A stretch of 64,000 nucleotides of DNA from Chitinophaga pinensis (GCA_945897725.1 CAMDFR010000013.1:2969-66968); one strand, 5' to 3'; numbered from the stretch's first letter, positions 48,793 through 58,232 are shown. The notes: generated from the letters alone by a model not told the origin. Numbers and translations are program-made.

Positions 48793-49815
48793 TTACTTAT
48801 CTTCTAATGCTTTCAATCTTTTTTCAAAGTCAGGCATTCTTTTCATCATCGCCAACATCTTATATGCTTCTCTAAAATCCATAGCTGGAGAGCCAGTCAA
48901 TGATTGCCCTGTTTTTTCAGTGCCTTTTGATACGCCACTTTGTGCATTTATTTTGGTGCCATCGGCAATTTTGATATGCCCTACAAATCCGGCTTGTCCG
49001 CCCACCATTACATTTTTACCCAATTTGGTGCTACCAGAAATGCCTGCTTGTGCAGCTACCACGGTGTTTTCACCAATCTCCACATTATGTGCAATCTGAA
49101 TGAGGTTATCTAATTTTGCTCCTTTCTTGATGATCGTTGCTCCAAGGGTAGCCCTGTCAATCACTGTATTGGCACCAATTTCAACATGATCTTCAATGAT
49201 TACATGACCTGTTTGTGGTACTTTCTTATAGCTGCCATCTTTTTGTGGAGCAAAGCCAAAGCCATCACTGCCAATCACCGTGCCTGCATGAATCACGACA
49301 TGACTACCGATGATACAGTGATGATATATTTTTACACCTGCATGAATCACTGTATTATCAGCTATTTGACAATGATCGCCAATAAAAACATGGGGAAATA
49401 TTTTTACATTTTTTCCAATCACACAGTTTTCTCCGATGTAGGAAAAAGCAGCTAGGTAAAGGTTTTCACCATGGGTGCTATTGGCTGCTATAAAAGAATT
49501 TGCTTCGATCCCTGTCTTTTCTTTTTCTGTCATTTTTTGCATCATCTCTAACAAAAAAGCTAAAGCGGAATAGGGCTCATCCACTTTAATCAGTGTAATG
49601 CTTTCCTTTACAGGAATATTGAAAGCACGTGAAACCAATAAAACAGAAGCATTGGTAGTGGCTGCAAAATGCTCATATTTAGGATTGGCAATAAAGCTAA
49701 GCATACCTTCGTTTGCCTCTTCAATCTTTGCAAAATTTGTAACTTTAGTTGCTGGATTGCCAATCAATTCGCCATTTAACAAATGGCATAATTCTTTTGC
49801 TGTTATGGATATCAC
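48793..49815 (-). CDS. lpxD: UDP-3-O-acylglucosamine N-acyltransferase
   Basis: N-terminal LpxD domain ([17 protein letters not shown]), a long run of hexapeptide (LbH) repeats, and a C-terminal helical tail. Confidence 0.93.
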   Translation of the reverse strand: MISITAKELCHLLNGELIGNPATKVTNFAKIEEANEGMLSFIANPKYEHFAATTNASVLLVSRAFNIPVKESITLIKVDEPYSALAFLLEMMQKMTEKEKTGIEANSFIAANSTHGENLYLAAFSYIGENCVIGKNVKIFPHVFIGDHCQIADNTVIHAGVKIYHHCIIGSHVVIHAGTVIGSDGFGFAPQKDGSYKKVPQTGHVIIEDHVEIGANTVIDRATLGATIIKKGAKLDNLIQIAHNVEIGENTVVAAQAGISGSTKLGKNVMVGGQAGFVGHIKIADGTKINAQSGVSKGTEKTGQSLTGSPAMDFREAYKMLAMMKRMPDFEKRLKALEDK

Positions 49816-50038
49816 GATGACTTATTTTATCTTTCAAAGATATTAAATTTGGATGGAAGAACCTGTCAAAATCTGATAGCCTAGCAATCACAGGCAGTAT
49901 TCTTTTATGGTGTCAAGAAATCAAATAAGGTGATTAGATTCCTTTGGACTGCTTGACTGCAAAGATTCGCAAGACTATAATCAAACTATATCTTTTGCAT
50001 TAAAAAACGTATTTTTGTTAGATACTCAAATTAGAAAG

Positions 50039-50854
50039 ATGTCAGTAAATAAAGAAGTAAAGAGAGTTACCACACATACCTTACAATCGATGAAGGATAA
50101 TGGAGAAAAAATTTCCATGCTCACTTCCTATGATTATTCGCTAGCAACTATTGTGGACGATGCAGGTATCGATGTGATATTGGTGGGAGACAGTGCCAGC
50201 AATGTAATGGCAGGGCACGAAACCACCTTGCCAATCACTTTAGATCAGATGATTTATCATGCGCAATCTGTGGTACGTGCCGCCAAAAGATGTCTTGTTG
50301 TTGTAGATATTCCCTTTGGCTCCTATCAAGGAAACTCAAGAGTGGCATTAGATTCAGCCATTCGAATCATGAAAGAAAGTGGCGCCCATGCAGTAAAAGT
50401 AGAAGGAGGTGAAGAAATCAAAGATTCTGTGATTCGTATTTTAAGCGCCGGCATTCCAGTGATGGGTCATTTAGGATTGACGCCTCAATCGATATATAAA
50501 TTTGGTACTTATACAGTGAGAGCAAAGGAAAATGCAGAAGCAGAAAAACTAAAAGAAGATGCTAAACTGCTAGAACAAATAGGATGTTTTGCGATTGTAT
50601 TAGAAAAAATCCCTGCTACCCTTGCCAAGGAGGTGGCGGCGTCTGTAAGTATCCCTGTTATTGGTATTGGCGCTGGTGGTGATGTAGATGGACAAGTGCT
50701 TGTGTTGCACGATATGTTGGGTATTAACAATGAATTTTCTCCACGTTTTTTGCGAAAATACCTCAACTTGTACGAGATGATAAATGGTGCCGTGAAGCAA
50801 TACATTAACGATGTTAAATCCAACGATTTTCCCAATGATAAAGAACAATATTAA
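50039..50854 (+). CDS. panB: 3-methyl-2-oxobutanoate hydroxymethyltransferase
   Basis: LTSYDYSLA..., [24 protein letters not shown] and VKVEGG motifs. The start is set at ATG 50039. Confidence 0.95.
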   Translation: MSVNKEVKRVTTHTLQSMKDNGEKISMLTSYDYSLATIVDDAGIDVILVGDSASNVMAGHETTLPITLDQMIYHAQSVVRAAKRCLVVVDIPFGSYQGNSRVALDSAIRIMKESGAHAVKVEGGEEIKDSVIRILSAGIPVMGHLGLTPQSIYKFGTYTVRAKENAEAEKLKEDAKLLEQIGCFAIVLEKIPATLAKEVAASVSIPVIGIGAGGDVDGQVLVLHDMLGINNEFSPRFLRKYLNLYEMINGAVKQYINDVKSNDFPNDKEQY

Positions 50855-53264
50855 AATACTTTTGGCTTGTTTCCTTCTTTGTCTCAGCACTGTGATACAT
50901 GCCGAAAGACCAGCTGCATCAGGCATTTCAGGACTTCCTTATGATAATCGTTCGGATAGTATCGATATTATTCATAGCACTTTACGTGTGTCGATGCCTC
51001 GTTTTTCTTCTCATGTGATTCAAGCCCATAGCACCTTGGAATGTAAGTCTAAGACCAATGGCTTATCAAAAATGCGCATCGATTTAACTGGTCTAACAGT
51101 AGATTCTATCAAAACAAATCATCTATCTACTTCTTTTGTCGTGGAAGGACAAAGTCTTGCATTGACTTTGCCAAGTGTCTATAACAACAACGATAGTTTG
51201 TATTTGGATTTTTACTATCATGGCACACCTATCCAGAATGCAGGCGATTGGGGAGGATTTTATTGGGATGCCACTTATGCTTACAATATTGGTGTCAGCT
51301 TTTTAGAAACGCAACATAGCTATGGTAGGACTTGGTTTCCTTGCCTTGATAACTTTGTCGAGAAAGGCACTTATGAATATTTTATTACCACAGATACACT
51401 TAAAAAAGCTTTTTGTGGCGGACTATTAATGGGCAGTACGCGTCAAGATAGCACTGTGACATGGCATTGGAAAGATAATACTCCAGTGTCCTCTTATCTC
51501 GCTTCTATGACAGTTTCAGACTATGCCACACTTAGCTCAACTTATGCGGGTCTCACTCGAAGCATTCCCATTCAATTAGCCGCAAGGGCAGTAGATACCA
51601 GTAATTTGAAAGCTTCTTTTATTCATCTGCCTGATGCTATTGGTGCCTTCGAATCGAGTTATGGTCCTTATCAATTTGATAGAGTAGGATATTGTTTAAC
51701 GCCCTTTAGCGCTGGTGCTATGGAACATGATTGTAATATCACTTATATGAAAGCATTGGTAGACGGAAGTATCAACTATGAGACGACAATGGCTCATGAA
51801 CTTTCGCATCATTGGTTTGGCGATTTGGTGACTTGCGATAATGCTGGAGATATGTGGTTGAATGAGGGCTGGGCTTCCTACAGCGAAAATATTTTTTTAG
51901 AACATTTGTATGGTAAAACGTCCTATCAAAATAGTGTCAGAACAAACCATGATGCAGTATTGCATTTAGTGCATGTAAAAGACAGCAGTTATTATGCCTT
52001 ATCCAATATACCCACTGAGTATACGTACGGCAGAACCGTCTATCAAAAAGGTGCGGATGTGGCTCATACTTTGCGTGGCTATATGGGTGATACCATGTTT
52101 TTTAGAGTACTGAAAGACTATATGAATGATATGAAATACAAAAATGTGAGTAGCGCCATGTTTAGAGATTATATTAAAGCACATAGCAGTTTCAATCCAG
52201 ATGCTTTCTTTGATAATTGGGTCTTTGCACCTGGCTTTCCTCATTTTTCTATGGATGTCACTAAAACATCAGCGAATGCTGGTGGCTATCAGACTGAGAT
52301 TTGGATACGTCAAAAATTAAAGCATGCGCCTGCTTACTATACGAATGTACCGCTTGAAATAGCAGCATTTGATGCCAACTTTAATAAACAAGTTTTTAAA
52401 ACAGAAGTAAATGGATTATGCAATACAGCTACGATTCAAACATCTTTTGTTCCTGTCTATATCGCCCTAGATTTTGATGAAAAATTAAGTGATGCCATCA
52501 CAGATGAATACAAAATTATGAAACTTACTGGTGTCTATAATTTTACGACTCTAAAAGCAAGTGTGGATGTGAAAGCAGTGAGTGACTCTGTCTTGTTTCG
52601 TATAGAACACAATTGGGTAGCGCCCGATCCAATGAAAAACAAAGTGGATGGAATTATCTTATCAAACGAACGTTATTGGACCTTTGATGGTATTTTCGAT
52701 TCTACCTTTAGAGCAAACGTTACCGTCAACTATAATGGCAGCAATGATCCTAATCAAGGCTATTATGATAATAGTTTCATCAATGTACGTGAAGATAGCC
52801 TTTTGATGGTGTATAGAAAAGATGCCACAGAGGATTGGAGATTCTGCGATTCTTGTTACCTCAATATTTTAGGAAACGTGAACGATAAGATTGGCAAGTT
52901 CGTTATTCGATCTGTACAAAAAGGTCAGTACGCTTTGGCGAAGCACGATTTTATACATCCAGATACTAGCTATAGCACAAAAAATTGTAATGAATTAGGC
53001 ATAGAAGATGTAAAAAAAAATGACCTTTTTATCATTTACCCTAATCCAACAAAAGATTATTTTGTGATAGAAAGCAAGTCTATCAATGGTTCTGTCGATT
53101 GCAGCATCTTCAATGAGAATGGTCAGTTGATACTAAATAAAAGCTTTACATCAAGCAGTGCAATCACTATCAATTGCGAAAAGTGGTCAGCAGGTACTTA
53201 TTTTATTCAGTTGAAAGATAAGAAGGGCAATGGTTTGGGCGTCTCTAAATTAGTGATTCACTAA
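50835..53264 (+). CDS. M1 family aminopeptidase with a T9SS C-terminal sorting domain
   Basis: GAMEH exopeptidase motif, [10 protein letters not shown]-(18)-E (WLNEGWASY) zincin motif, and signal peptide [24 protein letters not shown]-terminal [15 protein letters not shown]...[10 protein letters not shown] is a T9SS domain. Overlaps the panB 3' end by 20 nt. Confidence 0.9.
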   Translation: MIKNNIKILLACFLLCLSTVIHAERPAASGISGLPYDNRSDSIDIIHSTLRVSMPRFSSHVIQAHSTLECKSKTNGLSKMRIDLTGLTVDSIKTNHLSTSFVVEGQSLALTLPSVYNNNDSLYLDFYYHGTPIQNAGDWGGFYWDATYAYNIGVSFLETQHSYGRTWFPCLDNFVEKGTYEYFITTDTLKKAFCGGLLMGSTRQDSTVTWHWKDNTPVSSYLASMTVSDYATLSSTYAGLTRSIPIQLAARAVDTSNLKASFIHLPDAIGAFESSYGPYQFDRVGYCLTPFSAGAMEHDCNITYMKALVDGSINYETTMAHELSHHWFGDLVTCDNAGDMWLNEGWASYSENIFLEHLYGKTSYQNSVRTNHDAVLHLVHVKDSSYYALSNIPTEYTYGRTVYQKGADVAHTLRGYMGDTMFFRVLKDYMNDMKYKNVSSAMFRDYIKAHSSFNPDAFFDNWVFAPGFPHFSMDVTKTSANAGGYQTEIWIRQKLKHAPAYYTNVPLEIAAFDANFNKQVFKTEVNGLCNTATIQTSFVPVYIALDFDEKLSDAITDEYKIMKLTGVYNFTTLKASVDVKAVSDSVLFRIEHNWVAPDPMKNKVDGIILSNERYWTFDGIFDSTFRANVTVNYNGSNDPNQGYYDNSFINVREDSLLMVYRKDATEDWRFCDSCYLNILGNVNDKIGKFVIRSVQKGQYALAKHDFIHPDTSYSTKNCNELGIEDVKKNDLFIIYPNPTKDYFVIESKSINGSVDCSIFNENGQLILNKSFTSSSAITINCEKWSAGTYFIQLKDKKGNGLGVSKLVIH

Positions 53265-53269
53265 TCAGA

Positions 53270-53833
53270 TTAGCGTTTATATTTTAAGGGGTCAGGGGGT
53301 AGCTCATATTTTAAATCGTTCCAATGGTCGTCTGACCAAAAGAATTGGATAGACTTGCCACCTTCTGTCTCATAAAAAGTATAAAATGCTTTCTTCTCTA
53401 CCTCACTATAATAGGTACTTACCATCACATCTCCCTTCGGATTTTCAATGGGCTGCTCTGGTAAGTTTATTTTAAGATCTGTCCAGCTACCATCCTCCCA
53501 AACGTATTGTATACTTCTTCCCGTTTTGGTGTCCCAAACAATGTAGAAAGCACGTTTCATCATGGTGTCAAAGTATACGTCAAACATCACTTTCCCTTCA
53601 AGTACCCCAGGCAATGGAGGCGATGGAATGTTAAAGGCCATCGTATCCCAACGAAGACTATCGCTCCAATAATATTGTAGATTGGCTCCAGTGCGCGTAT
53701 CCCAAACTAGATAATAGGCTTGTCTGTATGCAGGATCATAATAAGTAATCATTTTTATATTATCACTTTGTGCATGGCTAGACTTTGTCATAAAAGTGAA
53801 AGCAATCAGAAGGAAGAAAATTATTTTTTTCAT
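53270..53833 (-). CDS. Small secreted protein made of three tandem repeats of about 48 aa each (function unknown)
   Basis: Signal peptide MKKIIFFLLIAFTFMTKSSHA from ATG 53833. Three units match Y(Y/F)......A(F/Y)Y.V(W/Y)(D/E)T..G.(S/N)(I/L)Q(Y/F).W.D..W.D(L/M)...(L/I)P..P. Confidence 0.65.
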   Translation of the reverse strand: MKKIIFFLLIAFTFMTKSSHAQSDNIKMITYYDPAYRQAYYLVWDTRTGANLQYYWSDSLRWDTMAFNIPSPPLPGVLEGKVMFDVYFDTMMKRAFYIVWDTKTGRSIQYVWEDGSWTDLKINLPEQPIENPKGDVMVSTYYSEVEKKAFYTFYETEGGKSIQFFWSDDHWNDLKYELPPDPLKYKR

Positions 53834-53943
53834 ATCAAAAATTGAAACCATTAAAGTGATTATGTCAACGAATTTAGAACTTTAAATTGACTTCATTCAA
53901 AATAAATCGACTCTTTATCTAGAGATGCCTCTTAAAATACAAA

Positions 53944-54078
53944 TGGGCAGCTCTCTTTGCATTCTGTTTTTAGCATGGATGCATAAAGCTCCAAGCAAAG
54001 AGACCAGGTGTTCTGCAGTAGCCCGGAAAAGCAGCGGGGCTAATGCTGCCACCCCTTGCTGCGAATACATTGTGCGCA
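53944..54078. repeat. GC-rich multi-hairpin intergenic element, copy F
   Basis: TCTCTTTGC-(34 nt containing TGCAT...ATGCA)-GCAAAGAGA (53952-54003), then CTGCAGTAGCCCGGAAAAGC, then GCAGCGGGG-...-CCCCTTGCTGC (54031-54061). This explains spurious ORF 53925..54116. Confidence 0.6.
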
Positions 54079-54136
54079 TAATTGAGTTACATTTGTTATG
54101 TAAGATTGTAAAGTAATATCTACCTTGAAATAAAAA

Positions 54137-54727
54137 ATGAATTCAGAAATGATCCAAGAAGCAAGCCTTCATGAGGACAAAAAATTTGAACATCTAGATT
54201 TTAGTGAACAAAAGCTAATCAATAAAGAATTTGTGGCTTGCGATTTTGAGGATTGTAATTTTTCTAAAAGTGATTTTTCTTCTTCTGAGTTTATGGATTG
54301 TAATTTTTCGAATTGCAATTTGTCTCTCGCAGTATTCAATCATGTGGGATTAAAAAATGTACATTTTACAACCTGTAAGTTGATGGGGATTGATTTCAGT
54401 AAATGCAATGCTTTTTTATTTTCGATAGGATGCATCAATTGTCAACTCGACTATTCTATATTCTTTCAAAAGAAGATGAAGAAGACAATCTTTAAAGACT
54501 GTTCGCTAAAGGAGGTGGACTTTTCAGAAGTAGATTTGTCGGGTGCTGGTTTTCAAAATTGTGATTTATCTGGTACTGCCTTTAATAGGAGTATATTGGA
54601 AAAGGCTGATTTTAGAACAGCCTATCAATATAATATCGATCCTTCTTTAAATAAAATGAAACAAGCAAAGTTTGCAGCGACTGGTTTAGAAGGGCTCTTG
54701 TCGAAATTCCAACTCGATATCGATTAA
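54137..54727 (+). CDS. Pentapeptide repeat protein (Qnr/MfpA-sized, 196 aa)
   Basis: Continuous A(D/N)LxF-type pentads: CDFEDCNFSKSDFSSSEFMDCNFSNCNLSLAVFNHVGLKNVHFTTCKLMGIDFSKCN..., then a second block after a short break. This matches the two-domain quadrilateral beta-helix layout. Confidence 0.85.
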   Translation: MNSEMIQEASLHEDKKFEHLDFSEQKLINKEFVACDFEDCNFSKSDFSSSEFMDCNFSNCNLSLAVFNHVGLKNVHFTTCKLMGIDFSKCNAFLFSIGCINCQLDYSIFFQKKMKKTIFKDCSLKEVDFSEVDLSGAGFQNCDLSGTAFNRSILEKADFRTAYQYNIDPSLNKMKQAKFAATGLEGLLSKFQLDID

Positions 54728-54827
54728 AAAGTTGCAACAAGCTACGATATTCATCATGCTTCGTATAAATCAAGAATGACAGAAAAAGCTATCTTTGTTC
54801 AGCTCTAAATAGGCATTCAATCATATT

Positions 54828-56030
54828 ATGTTATTCAGTAATTATTTACTCTTTATCTATATTGTTAGTTTCGTTGTTATCTACACGATGGCAAGGGCAT
54901 GTACAAAAAGTGTCCTGATTAGAAATGGATTGATTGCTATTGCCAATGTCTTATTATTGCTGAATCTGGTAAAGGAGCATAGCATTATCGTATTGGCTAT
55001 ATTGAGTTTGATTGTATATGTATTGGGTAGATTATTGCAGACAAAAAATTCAAAAGCATTATTGTCGTTCTCGCTCAGTTTGATTATTTTTTTGTTCATT
55101 GTACGCAATTATAGCGCTGTACAATCCTTGCTCTCGCATACCTTTCTATCCTTTGTAAATGCACCAATTTTATCTGTTCAGAAACTTGGACTATCCTATA
55201 TTTTATTTCGTTTTGTTCATTGGTTGATTGAATCATTCAAGCAAAAAATACAGAAGCCTAATTTCCTCACTTTTGTCAACTATATTTTATTCTTCCCTTC
55301 CATTTTAGCAGGTCCAATTGATACCTACAATAATTTTCAATATTGGATCGGAAAGTCAAATGCTTCCTATAGCAGATCGCTTTTCTTTGCGGGGATTTCC
55401 CGTATTTTTATCGGAGCACTTAAAACATTAGGATTGGTGCCATTGATCATTCATTATGCAACGGACTATAGTGTTTTTCCTGCGTCTATTCAGCCCTTGA
55501 TGGCCCTGTTTATGAGTTTGATTTGTTACTCTTTTTATATCTATCTAGATTTTTCTGGCTATAGTGATATTGCTATTGGTACGGCCTATTTGATCGGGAT
55601 TAAAACGCCAGAAAATTTTAATAATCCTTATCGTTCACAAAATTTATCTGAGTTTTGGAAGCGTTGGCATATCACCTTCTCAAGCTTTTTGCAGCGCTAT
55701 GTTTTTAAGCCCTTCATTCAATTGTTTAATATACTATTGCCATCCAAACATCGTTTGCTCATCACTATCTTAAGCTATCTAGCCACCTTCGTTATTTGCG
55801 GACTTTGGCATGGAGCCACTATCAATTTTGTGTATTGGGGTTTATGGCATGGCGTTGGTCTTTCTATCAATAAAATTTGGTTGATAAAAATGAAGCCACA
55901 TGTCGCCTTTAGTGCAAGCAAAACATATCACATCCTAAGTATTGTGCTAACCTTTTTGTATATAAGCATGGGATGGTTGTTTTTTCATTATTCATCAGCA
56001 CAACTCGTAAACATCTTTAAATTATTTTAA
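54828..56030 (+). CDS. MBOAT family membrane-bound O-acyltransferase, DltB-sized (400 aa)
   Basis: Polytopic protein with the MBOAT core NLSEFWKRWHITFSSFLQRYVF and the catalytic-His region CGLWHGATINFVYWGLWHG. Its stop overlaps the next gene's start (TAATG). Confidence 0.85.
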   Translation: MLFSNYLLFIYIVSFVVIYTMARACTKSVLIRNGLIAIANVLLLLNLVKEHSIIVLAILSLIVYVLGRLLQTKNSKALLSFSLSLIIFLFIVRNYSAVQSLLSHTFLSFVNAPILSVQKLGLSYILFRFVHWLIESFKQKIQKPNFLTFVNYILFFPSILAGPIDTYNNFQYWIGKSNASYSRSLFFAGISRIFIGALKTLGLVPLIIHYATDYSVFPASIQPLMALFMSLICYSFYIYLDFSGYSDIAIGTAYLIGIKTPENFNNPYRSQNLSEFWKRWHITFSSFLQRYVFKPFIQLFNILLPSKHRLLITILSYLATFVICGLWHGATINFVYWGLWHGVGLSINKIWLIKMKPHVAFSASKTYHILSIVLTFLYISMGWLFFHYSSAQLVNIFKLF

Positions 56031-57163
56031 TGAAGATTTTGCAATACATCTATAAAACAAGCACCCTAGCAAGCAATGGCATCTTTCTGTTGTTGATGGC
56101 GCTAATATTGATGTTGATAGGTCCTTTTCTTATTCCTGCTTATAAAGCGCAACATTTTAAGCAGCAGATTTTTACACTCAATGGTCTAGCCATTAAGTAT
56201 GATGATGATCCAGCAGTGTCAGATTTTATTTATTCCATAAAAAGCAATCATGGTTATTTATGTATGGGTACCTCAGAATCGAGTGATCTGGAGGGCGGCA
56301 ATTATTATAATTTTCTAAATGCTGATACCATGCTCCATAGTCGTTTCTCAATTTTGGCAGGGGCTGGAAGGACTTGTGGCATCTATATTCCATTGTTGTT
56401 GCAACATAGAGATGAAGTAGATTCAATGCAAATTATTTATCTCATCAATCCTGCCTATTGGCGGACAGATTTATGTGAAGTAAATATGGAGTATTGGAAT
56501 CGTTATACGAATAATGCGATGATTCATCATTTGAAATTAACTGAGAATGAAAATCAAGAATATTTCAAACCTGTGCAGGCCTATTTAACAAAACTGAATC
56601 TATTTCAACGAACAGTATTTAGCATAGACTATGAATTGCGAAGCCTTAGAAAATCCTATTTTCAAGATTTTAGGTATTTGCTGAATGATAAAGATTATAA
56701 AAAGAATTTAAGTTTTATACCTACACAAAAAGCACCTCTTTCTACTTATCCTAGCTTCGGACAAATAGATGCTGTGGCCATTGACACGAGTTGGAATTTG
56801 CTTCGTACTTTTCACAATCAAGCATGGTTTAAACCCATTCAAAAAGATAGTAAATATCGGTATGAAGAATTGAGTTCCTTTATTGAATTATGCAAGCATC
56901 TTGGTATCAAAGCCACCTTTGTAGTTGGTCCTTACAATGGACGTTTTATAACAAAGTATGATAAAAAATCTTTGGCAGCTTATGAAGAAACTTGTCAGCG
57001 AATTAAAACATTATTGATTAACAAGAAAGCTGATTTTATAGATGCCACCGATATTTCCTTTGTGGCTGGGGCATTCAACGATCATCAACATCATTCTAGT
57101 TATGGTGCTTATCTTCTTTATCTAAAAATAAAATCTCATATCAATGAAAGTCATGCTGATTAA
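56030..57163 (+). CDS. DltD-like (SGNH/GDSL-type) extracytoplasmic acyl transferase partner of the MBOAT
   Basis: N-terminal TM anchor (GIFLLLMALILMLIGPFLIP). Candidate nucleophile block CMGTSESSDL (compare GSSE in DltD). C-terminal Asp/His block AFNDHQHHSSYGAY. The 377-aa length and the gene order match DltB-DltD. Homology is inferred from motifs only. Confidence 0.5.
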   Translation: MKILQYIYKTSTLASNGIFLLLMALILMLIGPFLIPAYKAQHFKQQIFTLNGLAIKYDDDPAVSDFIYSIKSNHGYLCMGTSESSDLEGGNYYNFLNADTMLHSRFSILAGAGRTCGIYIPLLLQHRDEVDSMQIIYLINPAYWRTDLCEVNMEYWNRYTNNAMIHHLKLTENENQEYFKPVQAYLTKLNLFQRTVFSIDYELRSLRKSYFQDFRYLLNDKDYKKNLSFIPTQKAPLSTYPSFGQIDAVAIDTSWNLLRTFHNQAWFKPIQKDSKYRYEELSSFIELCKHLGIKATFVVGPYNGRFITKYDKKSLAAYEETCQRIKTLLINKKADFIDATDISFVAGAFNDHQHHSSYGAYLLYLKIKSHINESHAD

Positions 57164-57164
57164 A

Positions 57165-57257
57165 ATGCTTGGTAAAATTATGTTGATTGTCTTGCTAGTT
57201 TTCTTGCTGATGTATGTGAGTACAGAGGATATTCCTTATTTGTATGCAGGATTCTAG
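57165..57257 (+). CDS. 30-aa transmembrane microprotein with a DltX-like C-terminal Tyr hexapeptide (candidate acyl shuttle)
   Basis: The ATG lies 1 nt after the stop of 56030..57163. It encodes MLGKIMLIVLLVFLLMYVSTEDIPYLYAGF*, one hydrophobic helix followed by a short acidic tail ending Y-L-Y-A-G-F at the extreme C-terminus. It is below the 60-aa cutoff of the ORF track. Confidence 0.4.
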   Translation: MLGKIMLIVLLVFLLMYVSTEDIPYLYAGF

Positions 57258-57362
57258 CGAGGAGGCTTATAGCCTGAGCAATAGTAGCGACATCCTTTTT
57301 TGATTGTCTTTTTCAAAAAAGATATAGCGAATAGTGCGACCACGCCTAGCGTGGGCAGGCCA
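57256..57362 (+). repeat. GC-rich multi-hairpin intergenic element, copy G
   Basis: AGGCT-tat-AGCCT, then GTAGCGAC-ATC-C-TTTTTTGA-ttgtcttt-TCAAAAAA-GAT-ATAGCGAATAG, then CCACGC-cta-GCGTGG. Fills the gap between the convergent micro-ORF and MBL-fold genes. Confidence 0.65.
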
Positions 57363-57373
57363 TCATCAAAAAA

Positions 57374-58129
57374 TCAAAGTGCATGAGGTTGGTAATCGTT
57401 CATGAGAACAAATCGTGGATCATTTATAGCATGCGTTTCTTGATACTTTGTCTTGGCAATTTTTAATACCAATCCTTTACCAGGTTTTTGCTCATCATGT
57501 GTATTCATTATTTTTTTTGCTTCTAGTTGATGAGCCAATTTGAGTGCGGCCTCGTAGCCTGGATTCACCAGTCCGCCTAGAAAAAATGGAAGTTTAAAAT
57601 ACGTGAACGTGGTGATGAGCAAGCGAATATTGAATTCTTTGAGCATCGTCAATTGTGTCACTGAAGGTTTAAAACCATGTGCCGCATAAAAGATGGCCTC
57701 TTTATCATGGGCAATAATAATGGCATCATAAAAAGAATGTATCCATTTTTCGGATTTCAAACTCATGATTTTGAAATCTCTGAAAGTATTCCATTTGTTG
57801 GCTTCTAGCAAGTTTAACTCTGCTGCATTCCATTCTTTTTTAATGCGCTTTGACGTGTTAGATGCGGCGAAAATAGGCGTGGAGTGCTGCAGTTTTTTTA
57901 AAGTTTCGGTATGACAATGATCGCTGTAGGGTTGGGATACAATGACGGCATCGAAGCTGCTTAAGTCCTCTACGGGCATTGGTTTGGTGGCATGCCATTG
58001 CTCATTGAACCATCGAAATCCATCTATCTCTGTGCCCACTAACCAAGGATCCAAAACGAATGTTGTGTCATTCCAATGAAGCATCCACGAATTGTCCATA
58101 TTGAGTCTTTGAATAGATAGATTTGTCAT
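57374..58129 (-). CDS. MBL-fold metallo-hydrolase family protein
   Basis: N-terminal beta-strand pattern and a degenerate metal motif VIVSQPYSDHCH, plus a later HG/HD (AAHGF..., NTHDEQ). This is a weak family-level call. Confidence 0.6.
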   Translation of the reverse strand: MTNLSIQRLNMDNSWMLHWNDTTFVLDPWLVGTEIDGFRWFNEQWHATKPMPVEDLSSFDAVIVSQPYSDHCHTETLKKLQHSTPIFAASNTSKRIKKEWNAAELNLLEANKWNTFRDFKIMSLKSEKWIHSFYDAIIIAHDKEAIFYAAHGFKPSVTQLTMLKEFNIRLLITTFTYFKLPFFLGGLVNPGYEAALKLAHQLEAKKIMNTHDEQKPGKGLVLKIAKTKYQETHAINDPRFVLMNDYQPHAL

Positions 58130-58201
58130 GATGTATTGTTGTTGGAAGCAAAGATATCATTTATTTTGATGTAGATTCTCACTTCTGGGAGAGCACGTTC
58201 T

Positions 58202-58232
58202 CAAAAAAAAGCCTAGTAATGATCACTAGGCT
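58202..58232 (-). terminator. Rho-independent terminator of the 58254..59624 gene
   Basis: Minus strand: GCCTAGT-gatcatt-ACTAGGC followed by T8. Confidence 0.75.

Noticed and set aside
54790-54797. TATCTTTG (-7-like TAnnTTTG) upstream of the MBOAT gene, considered as a dedicated promoter.
   Set aside because: No TTG or TTTG -33 element lies at the expected 17-23 nt spacing. The MBOAT gene may instead be co-transcribed with the pentapeptide gene, so this is left uncalled.
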